Shown: piece after piece, positions 1 through 48,927 of the stretch | Position numbering within the stretch: position 1 is the stretch's first letter | Layout: every line of letters starts with the position of its first letter | From: Lama guanicoe | Lineage: Eukaryota | Assembly: GCA_013239625.1 (NCBI GenBank) | Contig: MU053881.1 | Span: 62,001-126,000 of the forward strand | DNA length: 64,000 nt | Direction of reading: 5' to 3' | Translations under genes and position numbers: made by a program | The notes under the pieces: model-generated | The model's input: only the letters and a program-made list of their open reading frames with translations | What the model was told of the DNA's origin: nothing | The model's database searches: none

Positions 1-705
1 AAAGAGAAAGGAAGTCTGTGAAACGGTTGCCAAGTCAGAGAGTAAAGTGTGACCTGATAAAAGGACTTATGAATGAGCTCAGAGCAGAACTATTTGCAGG
101 AGATCTAAAGAGGAGGCCATGCCTGAAGGATGGAGGTTTCTTATACTGGGTGCCTGGCCCTAGGGTGCGGCCTCCATCTATGCACCAAGAGGGTGGTAAG
201 ATAGAGCTTGCTAAAGGTTCTCAAGTTTTGGACATATTGCTATTTTAAATTATGTTTATTGCTCTTTTTTCTTACTTTAAACGTTGTATTTATTGATTGA
301 AGTAAATTACAGAGAACTGCGCGCTGCCACATTTTGTCCAGTCTTGACTGCGGGGTTCATTCCCTTTTTAGCGCACAGTGAGACTGGCGCATTACCTGCA
401 TTCTCCGCCCGCCCGGAGGGTCCCAGGGCAGGCCTGAAGGGCTGCTGGAAGTGGGGCACGGACCAGCCTTCACTCGGCGGTGCAAAAAAGGCACCCTCGG
501 CGCTAGGCTGGACCCTCCCCTGGCTGGGGGGGCGGGGCGGGACTGAGAGCCGAGGGGGCAGGGCCAGGAGGCCTGGCCCCACCCGTGGCACCCCGCCTGG
601 CCCCGCCCCGGCCTCAGCCCCGCCCCGACCCCGCCCGCGCCGCGGGCCCACTCTCGGTGCCCCCGGCTGCGGTCGCTCGTCTGACCCGTGCCACAGCGGC
701 CGGAG

Positions 706-37529
<36,824 letters not shown>

Positions 37530-39240
37530 GAGCAGCTCCAGGCAAGGCCCCCTCGACCCTGGGCTCCAGCAGTTGCCGGGGTCCGTGCCTGGCCAGCGGG
37601 CAGAGGGCTGGAGGCCCAGGCCAGGGACTCACCTCCCTTAGTGTGGGCTGGGAGGCAGAACACCCAGGCCCCAGGGCTCCCCTGAACCCCATCGCCATGC
37701 CTGCCCGGGGCCACCCTACAGACCCCCAGCGCCCTCCTCCCCTTCAGACTCAGATGCTGCTTAGCCACAGGGGCAACTGTGGGCCAGCACTGTCACAGGG
37801 TCATCTCTGTGTGCCTCACCCCACCATGGTGGGTGGTGTGAGCCCTGACTTCTGATGCGGGACATGAGGGTCTGGGGGTCACACAGCGGTGGAGGTTGAG
37901 CTGCAGTCTCCCGGCCCCCACCCCAGTGCTGCTCCCTCCACGTGGCTCTCTGTTCCTGTGGGAACGGCTTTCCTCTCCTGGGCCGAAAAGAGGGCACCAT
38001 ATTTCCAGCTTAAAGCAGCAAATGAGGGATTTGTGTGTGTTTGGGGGTGGGGGTGGGGTGTCCTCTCCTAAGCCTGGCCTAGCAGCTAACATCTCGGAGC
38101 AGCTCTCAGCCGTTAGCTCACCTTCTCCTGATGCGGAGAACTATTCAACATTGTTTTTTTAATTAGACCTTCAGAGACTCCTTGAGCTGCTGTGAAGAAC
38201 TGACTTTGCAACACTTCAGTCTGAAGGGAGCCCAGGGAAGGTCTTTCTGAATCTAGACAATTCCTGCCTCTGACCTCCCGGCAAGTGCTGGCATAACAGA
38301 CCCCACCATGGCCACCTCTTTCTGGACGAGGTCCCCAGCCCCACCTGCCTGGGCCAGATTTGGAAGGACCACCTGATGGTCCAGAGCCGCCCCATGTGAG
38401 AAACGCCTGGTTCTTCTCTCTGGGACCTGGATCTGCCACCGGAGGCACCTCTCAAGCTGTGAGCATCCTTCCCACGTGTGATGAGAAGCAAACACTGTGG
38501 GCTCCACCGAGGAAGGCCTGGGGCCGGCCCGGAGGACCCACCAGCACTGCTCTGTGCCATGAGGCCATCAGCGGATGTTTCTGTGGTCCTGGGGGGACCC
38601 TGTCTTCTGCCCGCTGGTCTGTACCTGGCATCAGTGCCCTGGCAGGTCAAGCCTCTGCCGTCACAGGGGCACAGCTGAGGACCCTCTGGAGGCTGGAGCC
38701 ATTCTGCCCAGGCCCCCCATCCCAGTGCACACTGCTCAGTCACCCACACCCCCCGCAGGAGAGGTCCCCATCCCAGTCATCCCACTTAGCACCACAGCAG
38801 TTGACACCCCACCCCCCACTCCATGAGACGCTTGCGGGACAGGCGGCTGGTGCAGTGAGCAGGGGCTCGCCCAGCAGACCCCCAGCTCCCCATTACGCAT
38901 GGTTCCTTTAGGATGCGTGGAATGCAGGTGTGTGCAGTCCTCACTGTCCCCGGTGGGCCTCCTCTGATGTCACCTGACTGTGCGACTTGGGTCTCAGGCT
39001 TACCTGGTGGGAGTCCAGGGGCTGTTCTCAATCAGAGGAGCAACATGCAGCTTGGGTACAGGGTCCAAGCCTGAGACCCCTCCCCACGTGGGTACCACTT
39101 GTTTTGTCTCCTCCTGTCACATAACTGCACACACACAAATGTACCGAGAAGAAAACCTACCCCCGCCCCTTATAGAACATGTGCTCCGAAAACAGTATTT
39201 AACAAAAGATAATAATAAATTCGATGCCAGTCTTTGAGTT
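37530..39240 (+). other. FLT4: FLT4 3' UTR (~1.7 kb; end approximate)
   Basis: Runs from the stop codon to the first canonical AATAAA, which sits in an AT-rich patch. Confidence 0.75.
39214..39219 (+). terminator. FLT4: FLT4 polyadenylation signal AATAAA
   Basis: gataatAATAAAttcgatgcc, followed by GT/T-rich sequence. Confidence 0.8.
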
Positions 39241-39299
39241 ACAGTGAATGGGTTCTCAGCTAAGTCCCAGCTCTCTGAAGATTTTATTCCAGCCTGCCT

Positions 39300-40050
39300 C
39301 TCGCCGGATCGTCAGCCCCATGAGGCCACTGGACAAGCCACGCGAAGGGAAGGTCAGCAGAGGCGGCTCAGCACCCCTCCTCTCCCAGCCGCCAGCAGAG
39401 GGCGCGGGAGCACCGGGACGCCCGGCCGGGGAGCGTGCGGCGCGGCTTCCTCTAACGCTTGTGGATAAAGTGGCAGCGTCTTGTCCCCACCTCCTAGAGC
39501 CGAGCGCTGCCTCGGGCCCTGAGGGCCTGGGAGCACCGCCCAGGCCGGGCGCCTGCTGCCAGCTCCCCGGGTCCCCCCACCCCGGCAGGAGCCTACCCCA
39601 GGGCCAGCCCGAGGGCTGCGCGCGCCGCTGGACCCTCGGTGCGGAGGGTTCTGAGCGGGGACCGCAGCACCGAGGCCTGCGCGGAGAGGAGCGCTCTGGC
39701 CCGGGGAGCGTGGCAGGGCCCCCGCCGCCTTGCCCTGCGGTGTGTGTGTGTGACTGCTCTGCACAGCTGAGCGCCGGCAAAGGGGCGGCTTCAGGCTGGG
39801 GCGTGGCGCTGGCTGTCTGGACGGCGTCTCCCAGGCCTCCTGGGAGCGGCCAGCCCAGCAGCCGGGCCAGGGCCTTCGGGGGAAAGCGGGCTGTGGGCGG
39901 GGCCCGGGCGCGTGGGGCTCCGCAGGGCTGCCCGCGCCGTCCGGCGGGCACCTCACCCAGGGGAGGCGAGGGGCGGCCAGCAAAGGTCAGGAGCCAGAGG
40001 CCACCCTGTGCTCAGGCCCGGTGCCTGCCCTGGCCAGGCTTCTCCCACTC
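39300..40050. promoter_or_regulatory. CpG-rich island immediately downstream of the FLT4 polyA site
   Basis: Dense CG dinucleotides and very high GC; no recognisable protein. Confidence 0.55.
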
Positions 40051-42072
40051 CTCGGGGGCCTGCTGGGTGCCTACCACCCCCAGCTGCAACGCCTGCTGTC
40101 CCGGCCTTGTTTTCAACTCTCGTGGGCAGAACCCCTCTCCACAAAGGTAGCTGGTGGTGGTGGCTTTGCCGTGCTTGTTACCTCTATAATAATTCTAAAT
40201 GTGAATACAGAAAAGACCCCCATTGGGTTTGGACATTTTAACCCAACAGCCTCACTGGTTGAATTTTTGCCACTTTCCCTGAATGGACATCTCAACTCAG
40301 GTGACAGCCATCAGGAGGCCTGCCTGGTCACCCAGCCCCAAATGCGCCCACAAGTGGTGGGAACCAGTGTCCCCACTGTGCCCAGTTCCAGGTGGGGCTG
40401 CCCTCACCCTGTTGGGCTCCTCTGGTCCTGCCTGGGCTGGATGTTCAGGGCTGCATCGAGTGTCATCAGGCCCCAGTCCTGCCCTCACTCACCAGAACAC
40501 CCGAGACTGCAGGTGTGACGGGCCCTCAGTCGGGGAGGGCGCCCTCAGGAGGCAGCCCGCCAGGCGACGGTGCGTCCCCACCTCAGGGCCCCTCAGCCCT
40601 TCCCACCCCCGGGAGGCTCTGGTCTCCTCCTCTCCAGCCCCAGCCCTTCACAGGGTGCCCACCCACCCCGCCGCCCCACCTGCCCTCGTCCCAGCCCCAC
40701 GCTCCCATTCATTTCTACCGGAGAGCTGTGCGTTACTTCCTTTAGGAGGAATTAGGCCAAGGGCACACGTGAGTGTCCCTCGATTCCATCCTGGTCTCAC
40801 CACTGCCCTTTGGCATCGGGCTTTGCAGTAGCCCCAGGCTCTGCTCTGAGCCACGTATGGTCTTAAGCTCTGGGACACAGCAGGGTTCACAGGCCACAGT
40901 CCCTGCTGTAAGCAGTGACACATGGACAGAGCTCTGCATGGGAGAAAGATTGGCGGCAAAGGCCTTGGGTCAGAAGGAAGGAGGGGGCCTCGGGGGGGTG
41001 GAACGAGGAGAAGCTGGCAGGAGCCCATCCTATGGGGCCTGGGGGCCCAAAGTTAGGGGTTGGTTTCTTATTTTAAGGCAAAGTTTAGAGAAAGGGGTGA
41101 TGTGCTCTGACTTCCACTTACGCTCCGAGAAGCACACATCTTGAAGGAATGGAGCAGGGCCTCCTAGAAGCCAGGCAAGGCCTGGGTGGGGAGAGGCTGG
41201 ACTGCACCGGGGCAGCTCTGAGGCATAGGGGAGGGCAGCTTTGGAAGACACAGGAAGGGCAGAGGGCTCTGCTTTTGGATGGGTCCTTGTCCAGGCTGGA
41301 TATGCAGAAAAATTCTTTTTCCTAAGTGGTCGTCCACAAGAGCTGGTCCTAAGACTGCGCCACCCCCATCGCCTGAGGCCCAGGGCAAGTACCAGGGGAA
41401 GAGCCCAGAGGACAAGGGCAGGACAGGGATGGAGTCTGACCCACATGCAGGGAGGGGTCTTCCTGGCTTCCTCAGGCCTGGGAAGCAATTGAGGTTCAGA
41501 TGGAAAAAGAAATAGTTCAAAAGGGAAGGGAGAGCCAGCGCCAGAAGCACCCGGGATCTGCTGGATGGGGCACAAGGCCGGTGCCCTGGGGAAGCCAGAG
41601 GGCTACTCGGAGGGAGTGGGCCAGGCCTCCCGGCTCTGTCAGCACCCTCAGACCCACAGGGCCCTGACCCTGATGTGCACTGTCAGCAAGGGGAATCCAG
41701 GAGCCAGCTTCCAGCACAGACACTGGCCTCCTCCACCCCCATGGTGGCCTCCCGCAGCCCACTCGTCCCTAGCAGGCCCAGGGAGGCCACAGAGTGTATC
41801 TGAGGTGCTGGCCAGTGCCCATGTCATGGGACCACTCCACCAGATGTCCACATGCAGGTTCAGAGAGGGGACTGGGAGCATCACCGGGAGGGAGGCCTGC
41901 CCTGTGGGCCAGCAAGCAAGGCCGAGGGGCCCTGAGCCACCAGGCAGAGAGCCTGGGCCAGGCCGTGCGCTGGAGGCTGCTGGGGGCTGAGAGTGGAGCA
42001 CGTGGCCTCCCGAGGCTAGATGGCCTGCGCCCATGTCCTTCAAAAGCAATATTAAAAGTCAGCTGGGATGGA

Positions 42073-42222
42073 GGGGAGGGTGTAGCTCAAGTGGTAGAGC
42101 ACATGCTTAGCTTGCATGAGGTCTTGGGTTCAATCCCCAGTACCTCCTCTAAAATTAAACAAATAAACCTAATTACCTCCCCTCTCAACAGCAACAAACA
42201 AATTAAAAGTAAACAAACTTTA
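42073..42222 (+). mobile_element. tRNA-derived SINE (camelid Vic-1-like)
   Basis: GGGGAGGGTGTAGCTCAAGTGG (A box), GTTCAATCC (B box, 42128), A-rich tail, imperfect TSD at 42054 and 42223. Confidence 0.85.
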
Positions 42223-42238
42223 AAAAGTCAACCGGGAT

Positions 42239-42371
42239 ATTCATTATTTTATAATATCTATAATGGAAAAATAATCTGAAAGAGAACATGTATTTATATA
42301 TATGTATAACTGAATCACTTTGCTGTACACCTGAAGCATTGTAAATCAACTATATTTTAATTAAAATGTTT
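42239..42371 (+). mobile_element. 5'-truncated L1 3' end (artiodactyl type)
   Basis: gtataactgaatcactttgctgtacacctgaa...ttgtaaatcaactat, a typical L1 terminus with AT tail. Confidence 0.75.
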
Positions 42372-45300
42372 TAAAGTCGACTGGGAAAGACACTGTCCAC
42401 AGTGGCATCCAGCCCCAACCCCTCCCCTCCATTGACTCACCCACCTACCACCCCCCAGACACCCATTGCCCCATCCGTCCACTCACCCACCCATCAATCC
42501 ATCCGTGGCAGAATAAGCGGGAACTCACTCACCCACACTAACGTCCTTCTGGGGAATCACAGGGAGACTTTTGGGGGCCACAGCCTAGGAGGATGGGGAA
42601 AGCCAATCGGGGAGGCCTTCCGTGAGGAGAACAGGCGGGAAGCCTGTTGCTAGAAGGATTAGGGTCAATATGATTTTAATAGAAGAACACGCATCCTTTG
42701 TATGAGACCAGACTGAGGAGTTGTGGGAGTCCGTGGGCACCCCCTGAGCATCCGGCTCAGCCTGTGCTGCCGGGCGAGTGAGCGCCCCTGTCCTGGGCCA
42801 TAGCGGAGTGCATCGCACCACTGTCTCTTCAGAGCCAGCATTTGCAGGGAGATGGAAACCCCTTTATTTTCCAGCTGGAGCCAGAGGTGGCAAAGTTTGT
42901 CACAAACTAAACGCGCGGGGCAGGAGGGATTCTGAAGGGGCCACTCCAAAGGGGCTGAGGGAGGAACACAGAGAGGTTGGGAAGAAAGAACTGAGGGCTT
43001 TGGAAGGCAGGGGGGCAGCATCTCTGAAGGCCTTGGTGGCCCTCCATGGGACAGGGGGTCCAGTTGGGCAGGTTGGGCTGGCTCCCGGGGTGATGTCTCT
43101 GTGCCGCCCTGGGCTGCTGTCGGGGGTCCATCTGAGCTGGTTTGTGCGCAGGAGGGCAGCTAGGTGTGGACCCCCTGGAAGGAGACAGATCCCCTCCCGA
43201 GAATGGAGGGCCTGGCCCCCTTGGGTACAGATAGGTGTCGTGGTTCCCTCCATGGCCTGTGAGAGATGAGATTAACAGAAAGGATTGCTATTAAGTCCTT
43301 GGGTTTTAAGCTGTTGAATCAGCTTCAAAGAGTCTTCACTTTGGGGTGGCGGCGAGCACATCTCTGTGTGGGCTGGGACATCCCCTGGGGTTCGACCCCC
43401 CAGCTCACACCCCTCCCCTGGCCAGCGGCTGCTCCCAGCCCCAGTGCGGAGAGGCAGCACAAGGTGCTGGTCAGTGGGGGGCCTTCTAGCCCTGCAGGGT
43501 GCCAGGCATGGGGAGAGACCCAGGCACGCCGGGCACTGGCCCAGAGCTTTGGGCAGGTCCCCAGTGTTCTCTGAGCTGCCCTTCTTCTGACTCCAGAGGG
43601 TTACATCGTCAACCACCCCTCGTACCATTACATTTAGGGAACCACTGCCGGCCATACCTCCAGCCCACTCGCACCCAGGCTGAAACAGGTAAGCTGGGCC
43701 TAATTATACAGGACATGACTTGGCCACTGGTGCTTCCCTCAGCACAGCCTCTGAGAGCAGTGGGATGTGGGGAACCCTCGTGGGAGGCCCCTGGGGATGG
43801 CAGCTTGTCCCCCAAGCCGGAATCAGTGTCTCAGGCTCGGCCCTGCAGAATCTCAGTCTTTGCTTAAGTCCTAGGACGTGGCTTTTCCGCCACTTTCACC
43901 AAAGCCGGGAGCCCACGCAGCAGAGCCACGTGAGTGGCAGCTGACCACGTCCGCCCTCCCCATAGCGGGGCTCTGCAGGGAGGAGGGCCCTGGACAGGGA
44001 AGGGGAAGAAGGAAGGAGTCGAGGGAGTCAGACCAACACTGACCCAAGTGAAGGTGCCCACGGAGGCAGGAATAGACACGTTGGTGACACGTCCCAGAGC
44101 CCCGGGGCCCAGGTGACCGAGCTATGAGGAAGGGGAAGGAGACCGAAGTGGGGTGGTGTTGGCAGATTCATGGCATGACCACTGGGCAGGACCCCGCAGC
44201 TCTGCACCTGGCAGGTGTGCCTGGCAACCCTCCTGCTCTGGTCCCACCCTAAGCCTGCTTATCTTCAAGCCACTCCAACTTGTGCCAGAGAAAGCCCCAA
44301 AGCCTTGCTGGGGTGGCCTCATCCTGGGGTCGCAGGAGAGCCCCGGACAGGCCCACCTGAGTGGCTGTGACGGCTCAGGACAGGAGAGGGAGGGGTCTGA
44401 CCCTGGGTGGTTGGTGTGGCGGTCCTGGCCCAAGAGGACTTCCCTGGGAGGGGGTAGGACGGCCATACGGGCAGGAGGAATCTGTGAGGCCAGGCCTGTG
44501 GCAGAGGGGCCCCGGATCCTGGGAGCTGCCTCAGGGCTGCCCATCCTGCCCAGCTTCCGCGGGAAAGGAGCACAGAAGGAGAAGAAACAGAAGGTGGGCA
44601 TCGAGGACCCCCAGAGACAGCTCCAATGACACGTGGTCACCACGGCCCCAGCTGTCTGCTGGTGTGAAGGGCGGGGCTGAGGGCACCCCCCAGCACAGCC
44701 ACGCTCCCCACTGAAAGGTGGGATTGGTGTCCACGATGCACTCCGGTTTGCTCAGTAATTAACTTAGCGGGGCTCTCGGAGCTCAGAAACACAGGCGCTG
44801 GCCCAACAGAAAGGGAGTGAGAAGAGAGTGAGGGAGCTCCTGGGATCTCGGAGGGGGGTACCTGGCAAGGGAGCCCCAGCCCAGCATGGAGGGGCTGCTG
44901 GCCTCGCCGCCTGGGTCACAGCACAGGGACAGCCGCCACGCCCTCCGCAGGTGTTCGCCTAGGTCAGAGCCACGGAGGAAGCCCGAGCAAAGCGCTGGCG
45001 CGCACCTCTCAGCTCCCAGCCGGAACACCCCACCTGAGTGCTGGGCTTGCAGGCCTGGGAGGCCCCATATTTGGTATTTGACCCCCACCTGGGACAGCCA
45101 GCACCTCATTCCCAAGGGAGTAGGACAGGTGCCAATGTTTGTTTTGGCCCAAAGGATGTCTTGCAAACATTGCCCAGGAGATGTTAGGACTGGGGCGCCA
45201 TTAGATGGGTTTTGGCCGAGAACCTATGGAATGCTGCTTTGCGTCAGCCATCCATTTGGGGCCTCCAAGGAAGCCATGGCACAGAAAAACCAAGTGCAGA

Positions 45301-47459
45301 GTATGCTGGGCGTGGAACTGGCCGGCAGGAGTCATCTCTTGGGGAGGCAGTGGCTAGGATGGGAGGCAAGGCAGCAGAGAACTCGGTCCATCTTTTTCTT
45401 TCTCCTGTAAACCCACTCTTTCTAACAGCTAAGACTGTGGCCAGCTGGGCCTGGGGGAGCGTCGGAACCTCTGCCACAGCCCTCAGGCACACGGCTGTGG
45501 CTCCTTGTATTCTAAGGAAGGCAGTCAAGATGCAGCCCCAGAACTGTGAAATAGGGTAGTAATTATGTTGACGCAGCAGAGCCACTCACCCAGAATTCTG
45601 CCCTGTCCCAGATCCAACTGGGAATTACGCTCAGCTGTGTTGGCCAAGCTCTGCAGACAGGGCTGCTGTCTGACCAGCAGACGACAAGGAAGAGGTCTGG
45701 GTGAAATCAACAACGCCATCAGTCGGGGCGCAGTCCCCGCCGCACCCCCCACAACTGAACGTCAGCTGAAGAAAGTCCTGCCTCAGGTCCCCACAGCAAA
45801 TGGCAGTCTGACTTCAGATTTCTACATGGCTCACCCTGGCCAGAGGTCCCCCACGCCCACCACGGCAGGCCCACAGTGGTTCTGGGGTCCTTTGGCACTG
45901 GCTGGACCTAGATGGTGGTCGCGAGGGGGGCCCTGGGAACTACTGACACTCCCCCCAACTCCAAGCTGGCATGAACCACACCTGCTCTTGCAAGACCCAT
46001 GTCTCCAAGTCTCAGAGGGACAAGAGGGCAAACAGGAACATTCCAGCACCAACTGGCACCACCCTCCCTACACACACACACACACATACACACACACAGA
46101 GGAAGTTTTATTGACAATTCTCAGCTGCCCCACCAGCTTCTTCTCAGAGCACATGGTCTCCATCTGTCACCAAGGTGGTGCTCCTGGAAAGGGACACAGT
46201 GCAGGGGACACCATGTCCCTGTGATGGGCCTGAGAAAGTGGCAGGAGCCTCTTGCTGATACGGGGAAGAGGAAGGTGGGCAAAGACAGAATCTCCTTGGT
46301 TTGAAAGTGAGAGCAACCTCTTAGCTGTGTCCAGATTTTCCTTATCAGCCTTGTGCTGTTGTCCCCACTCAGCCCAGAACCAGCCTCTATCTTGGGGAGC
46401 ACTTGGACCTCCATGAGGTCCTAGAGAAGCCTCTGCCTCCAGAGGAGGGAGTTACCCTGACTGGTGGGAGAAGGGAATCTTGCCTGGTGGCCCAGGCTTT
46501 TCAGGAAGGGCCAGGCCAGGGCAGGGGCCCTTGGACACACTCCCCCTTGAGAGGAGGAGGCTTGGGCACTGTGGGCACAGTGACGGCCTGCTGCCTTTCC
46601 CACCCCACGGCATCCACGTGAATGTGGAGGGCCTCGTCCCTGCCTCATAAGCAGGATGCCTTCAGAAAATCCCTGGGCAGGTGAATTTTCACAAGCAGAA
46701 AATAAACACATTTCCTATTGAACTTACTTCCGCAGTGACCACCAACAAAACATACACTTATAATAATGCAAAAACTCCCCCAACCAACAGAGTCAAGGAA
46801 AACGTAAGAAATGAGCGAGACCACATGAGTGTTACCAACAAGCAGCGTCTGCGGGTGCAGAGTGTGACGGACCTGCAGAGGTGAGAATGGCCTTGGGAGT
46901 TCAGGGCAAGGGACCCCCAGGCTGCGGAGGTCAGACCTGTTTGTGACCACAGTCGGGTACCCTAGGACACTCCCTGAAGGTCATCCTCCCCCTGAAGAGC
47001 CGGCGTCACGCAGCTGAACATGTTTTGCTTATAATCCATCAGCATACTCTGTAGTGACTTTGGGAGAAATTCCCCAACATGTAGACTGATTTCAAAGATG
47101 GAAAAATGTCCTGCATCCTTCTGTTGGCTTCAGTAGCTTTCTGTGGCCCCAACCAGGGAGATGGCCAGGAGTGAGGCCTGACCACCTAGGGGGCTAGCCA
47201 GAGTTTATGCCTTCGTCAACCTCCCCAAGGACCAGAAGGAGCCGAGAGGAGCTCCACTGCATGGCATCTCCATGGTCTGGGAGCAGGGGGAAGGACCAGG
47301 GCCACAGACTTAACCCTTCCTCACCCTCAGCACTGCTGGAGGCCAGGTGAGGTCAGGCCAGAAAGCTCTCTGGAAAGGTGAAGACCTGGGTGGGCCTTGT
47401 GCCGACAAAGCACAGCCTCCATTTCTGTGCTTGTAGGAGGACCCAGGCCTCTGGCCCAG

Positions 47460-47713
47460 GAGACCCCGCCGCCGAGAGGAAGTTCCTGAGACCTGGGAGG
47501 GGGGAGGGGGCTACAGTTCTCCCAGGACCCACTGGCCTGAGCAGGGAGTTGGCCAGGCCTCTGCGCATTAGCTGAGCAAACAGCGCATTTCTCAGGAGGA
47601 TGGGGTGAGGCCCAGCCCTGCAGAGAGGCAAAGACGGGGTATGTGAAGCCCACGGGCCCAGACCCTGGGAAGCGCGACTTTGGTTGTAGGAGCGTCGCTG
47701 AGCCCAGCCTGCC
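47460..47713 (+). promoter_or_regulatory. Relic SCGB3A1 proximal promoter
   Basis: AGAGGAAGT (ETS) at 47475, GAS-like TTCCTGAGA 47483 and TTCTCAGGA 47589, forkhead-like TGAGCAAACA 47573, degenerate TATA (TATGTGAAG, 47640) 74 nt upstream of the relic ATG. Confidence 0.55.
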
Positions 47714-48927
47714 ATGACGCTCCCAGCCGCCCTCCTGGTGCCCTGCGCGGCCCCGCTCGGCCGCTCTGGGGGGTGCGCTCAGGCCTTGCCCCCGGGCCCT
47801 CGCCGGGGGCCCCGGCAGCGGCTCTGCGCACCCCCCCTTCACCTCCAGCCAGTCCCGGCCCTGCTGCCTCCGCACCCTGGGCGCCAGCTCCTCACGCCCG
47901 CCCCTTCGGTGCCCTGGAGAAACCAGACCACGAAGCTGCTCGTCGCCTCCTAGGGCTCCCCATCCCCCTGGGCAGGAAGGCCTGCTCCTCCCGAGGCCGC
48001 CGAGGTCCCCTGGGGCGCGCCCTACCCGAGCCCTCGGGCTTCCCTTCACGCCCCCGCGAGCCCAGCCTCCCTGCTTCGTGCACCGGCAGCGGGCTCTCCC
48101 GCCCCCAGGCTGGCGCGCGGGCCTCCGTCTGCGGGCTCCTCAGCTCCGCCCCACCCTTGGAGACACAGCCCCGCCTCCTCGGGGCCCGGGGCCGGACGAG
48201 CAGGGCTCCTCCGCTGGTGCTACCGTTGCTGCTTCTTCCCAGACGCAGCGGCCCCGCCCGAGGTCCCGCCTGCGGCTGACCTCGCCCCTGTTGCGGAGGC
48301 CGGGCTGGGGCCTCGGCCAAGCCCTTCCTCAAAGGCTCCAGCCCCCTGAAGTGCATGCCGGCCCGTCTGGGAATCCCGGTGGAGCATCTCGTGGAAAGCG
48401 GGCGGCTGAGCTGGGCCCCGAGGCCATGGGGGCCCTGCCGGCAATGTGGGGCCCTGCGCACCTCCCTGCCGGGCGGTGGGGTCCTCCCCAGCCATCCTCC
48501 TGAAAAATGGAAACACTCTACTCCCTAGAGCCTTTAAGAGCGTCCTGGCCCGGCCGGGAGAGCTCATTTCCCGCCCCCAGGTGGCCCTGGGCAGGAGCTC
48601 GGCTGATCACACCTGCAGGGCGGGGGGCTGCGGAGGGCCGGGGGAAGGGGGAGGTGCTGGCCATCCCGTCACGAGGGTGCTGCCCGGGCTTGCCTCAGCC
48701 GGGAGCAGGGGCACGACCAGCCGGGAACCCTCCCTGCCCGGGGTCCCTGGGTGCCTGGGGCCCTGCCTCGCTCTCCCGCTGACCGTGGGGTGGGGGTGGG
48801 GGGACGACACTCAAGCTCGGCTTCTCCTTTCCGGGGGCCCAGCGTTCTTTGGCTGAGCTGAGGCTGGAGCATCGCTGCCTAAAGACGAGATGCTGCCGCC
48901 CAGCGCTGTCCCCGCTCTCTCAGTAAA
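47714..48927 (+). pseudogene. SCGB3A1: SCGB3A1 (secretoglobin 3A1 / HIN-1 / UGRP2) unitary pseudogene, three-exon relic
   Basis: Syntenic slot between FLT4 and CNOT6; exon 1 MTLPAALLVPCAAPLGRS (47714-47768); exon 2 pieces FFPDAAAPPEVPPAADLAPVAEAG / AKPFLKGSSPLKCMPARLGIPVEHLVES / AAELGPEAMGAL in three different frames (~48226-48445); exon 3 ..AFFG* (TGA 48854-48856); AGTAAA at 48922. Confidence 0.88.

Noticed and set aside
39248..40150. 300-aa and 231-aa ORFs after the FLT4 polyA site
   Set aside because: Consistent with a GC-content artefact; no family motifs or splice structure
42073..42145. Possible tRNA gene
   Set aside because: Has A and B boxes but continues into a SINE body, A-rich tail and TSD; a second diverged copy lies at 51195-51319
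47680..48503. ORFs of 199 and 141 aa as a novel intact gene
   Set aside because: Chance open frames; the SCGB3A1-like segments fall in different frames, so no intact protein can be built
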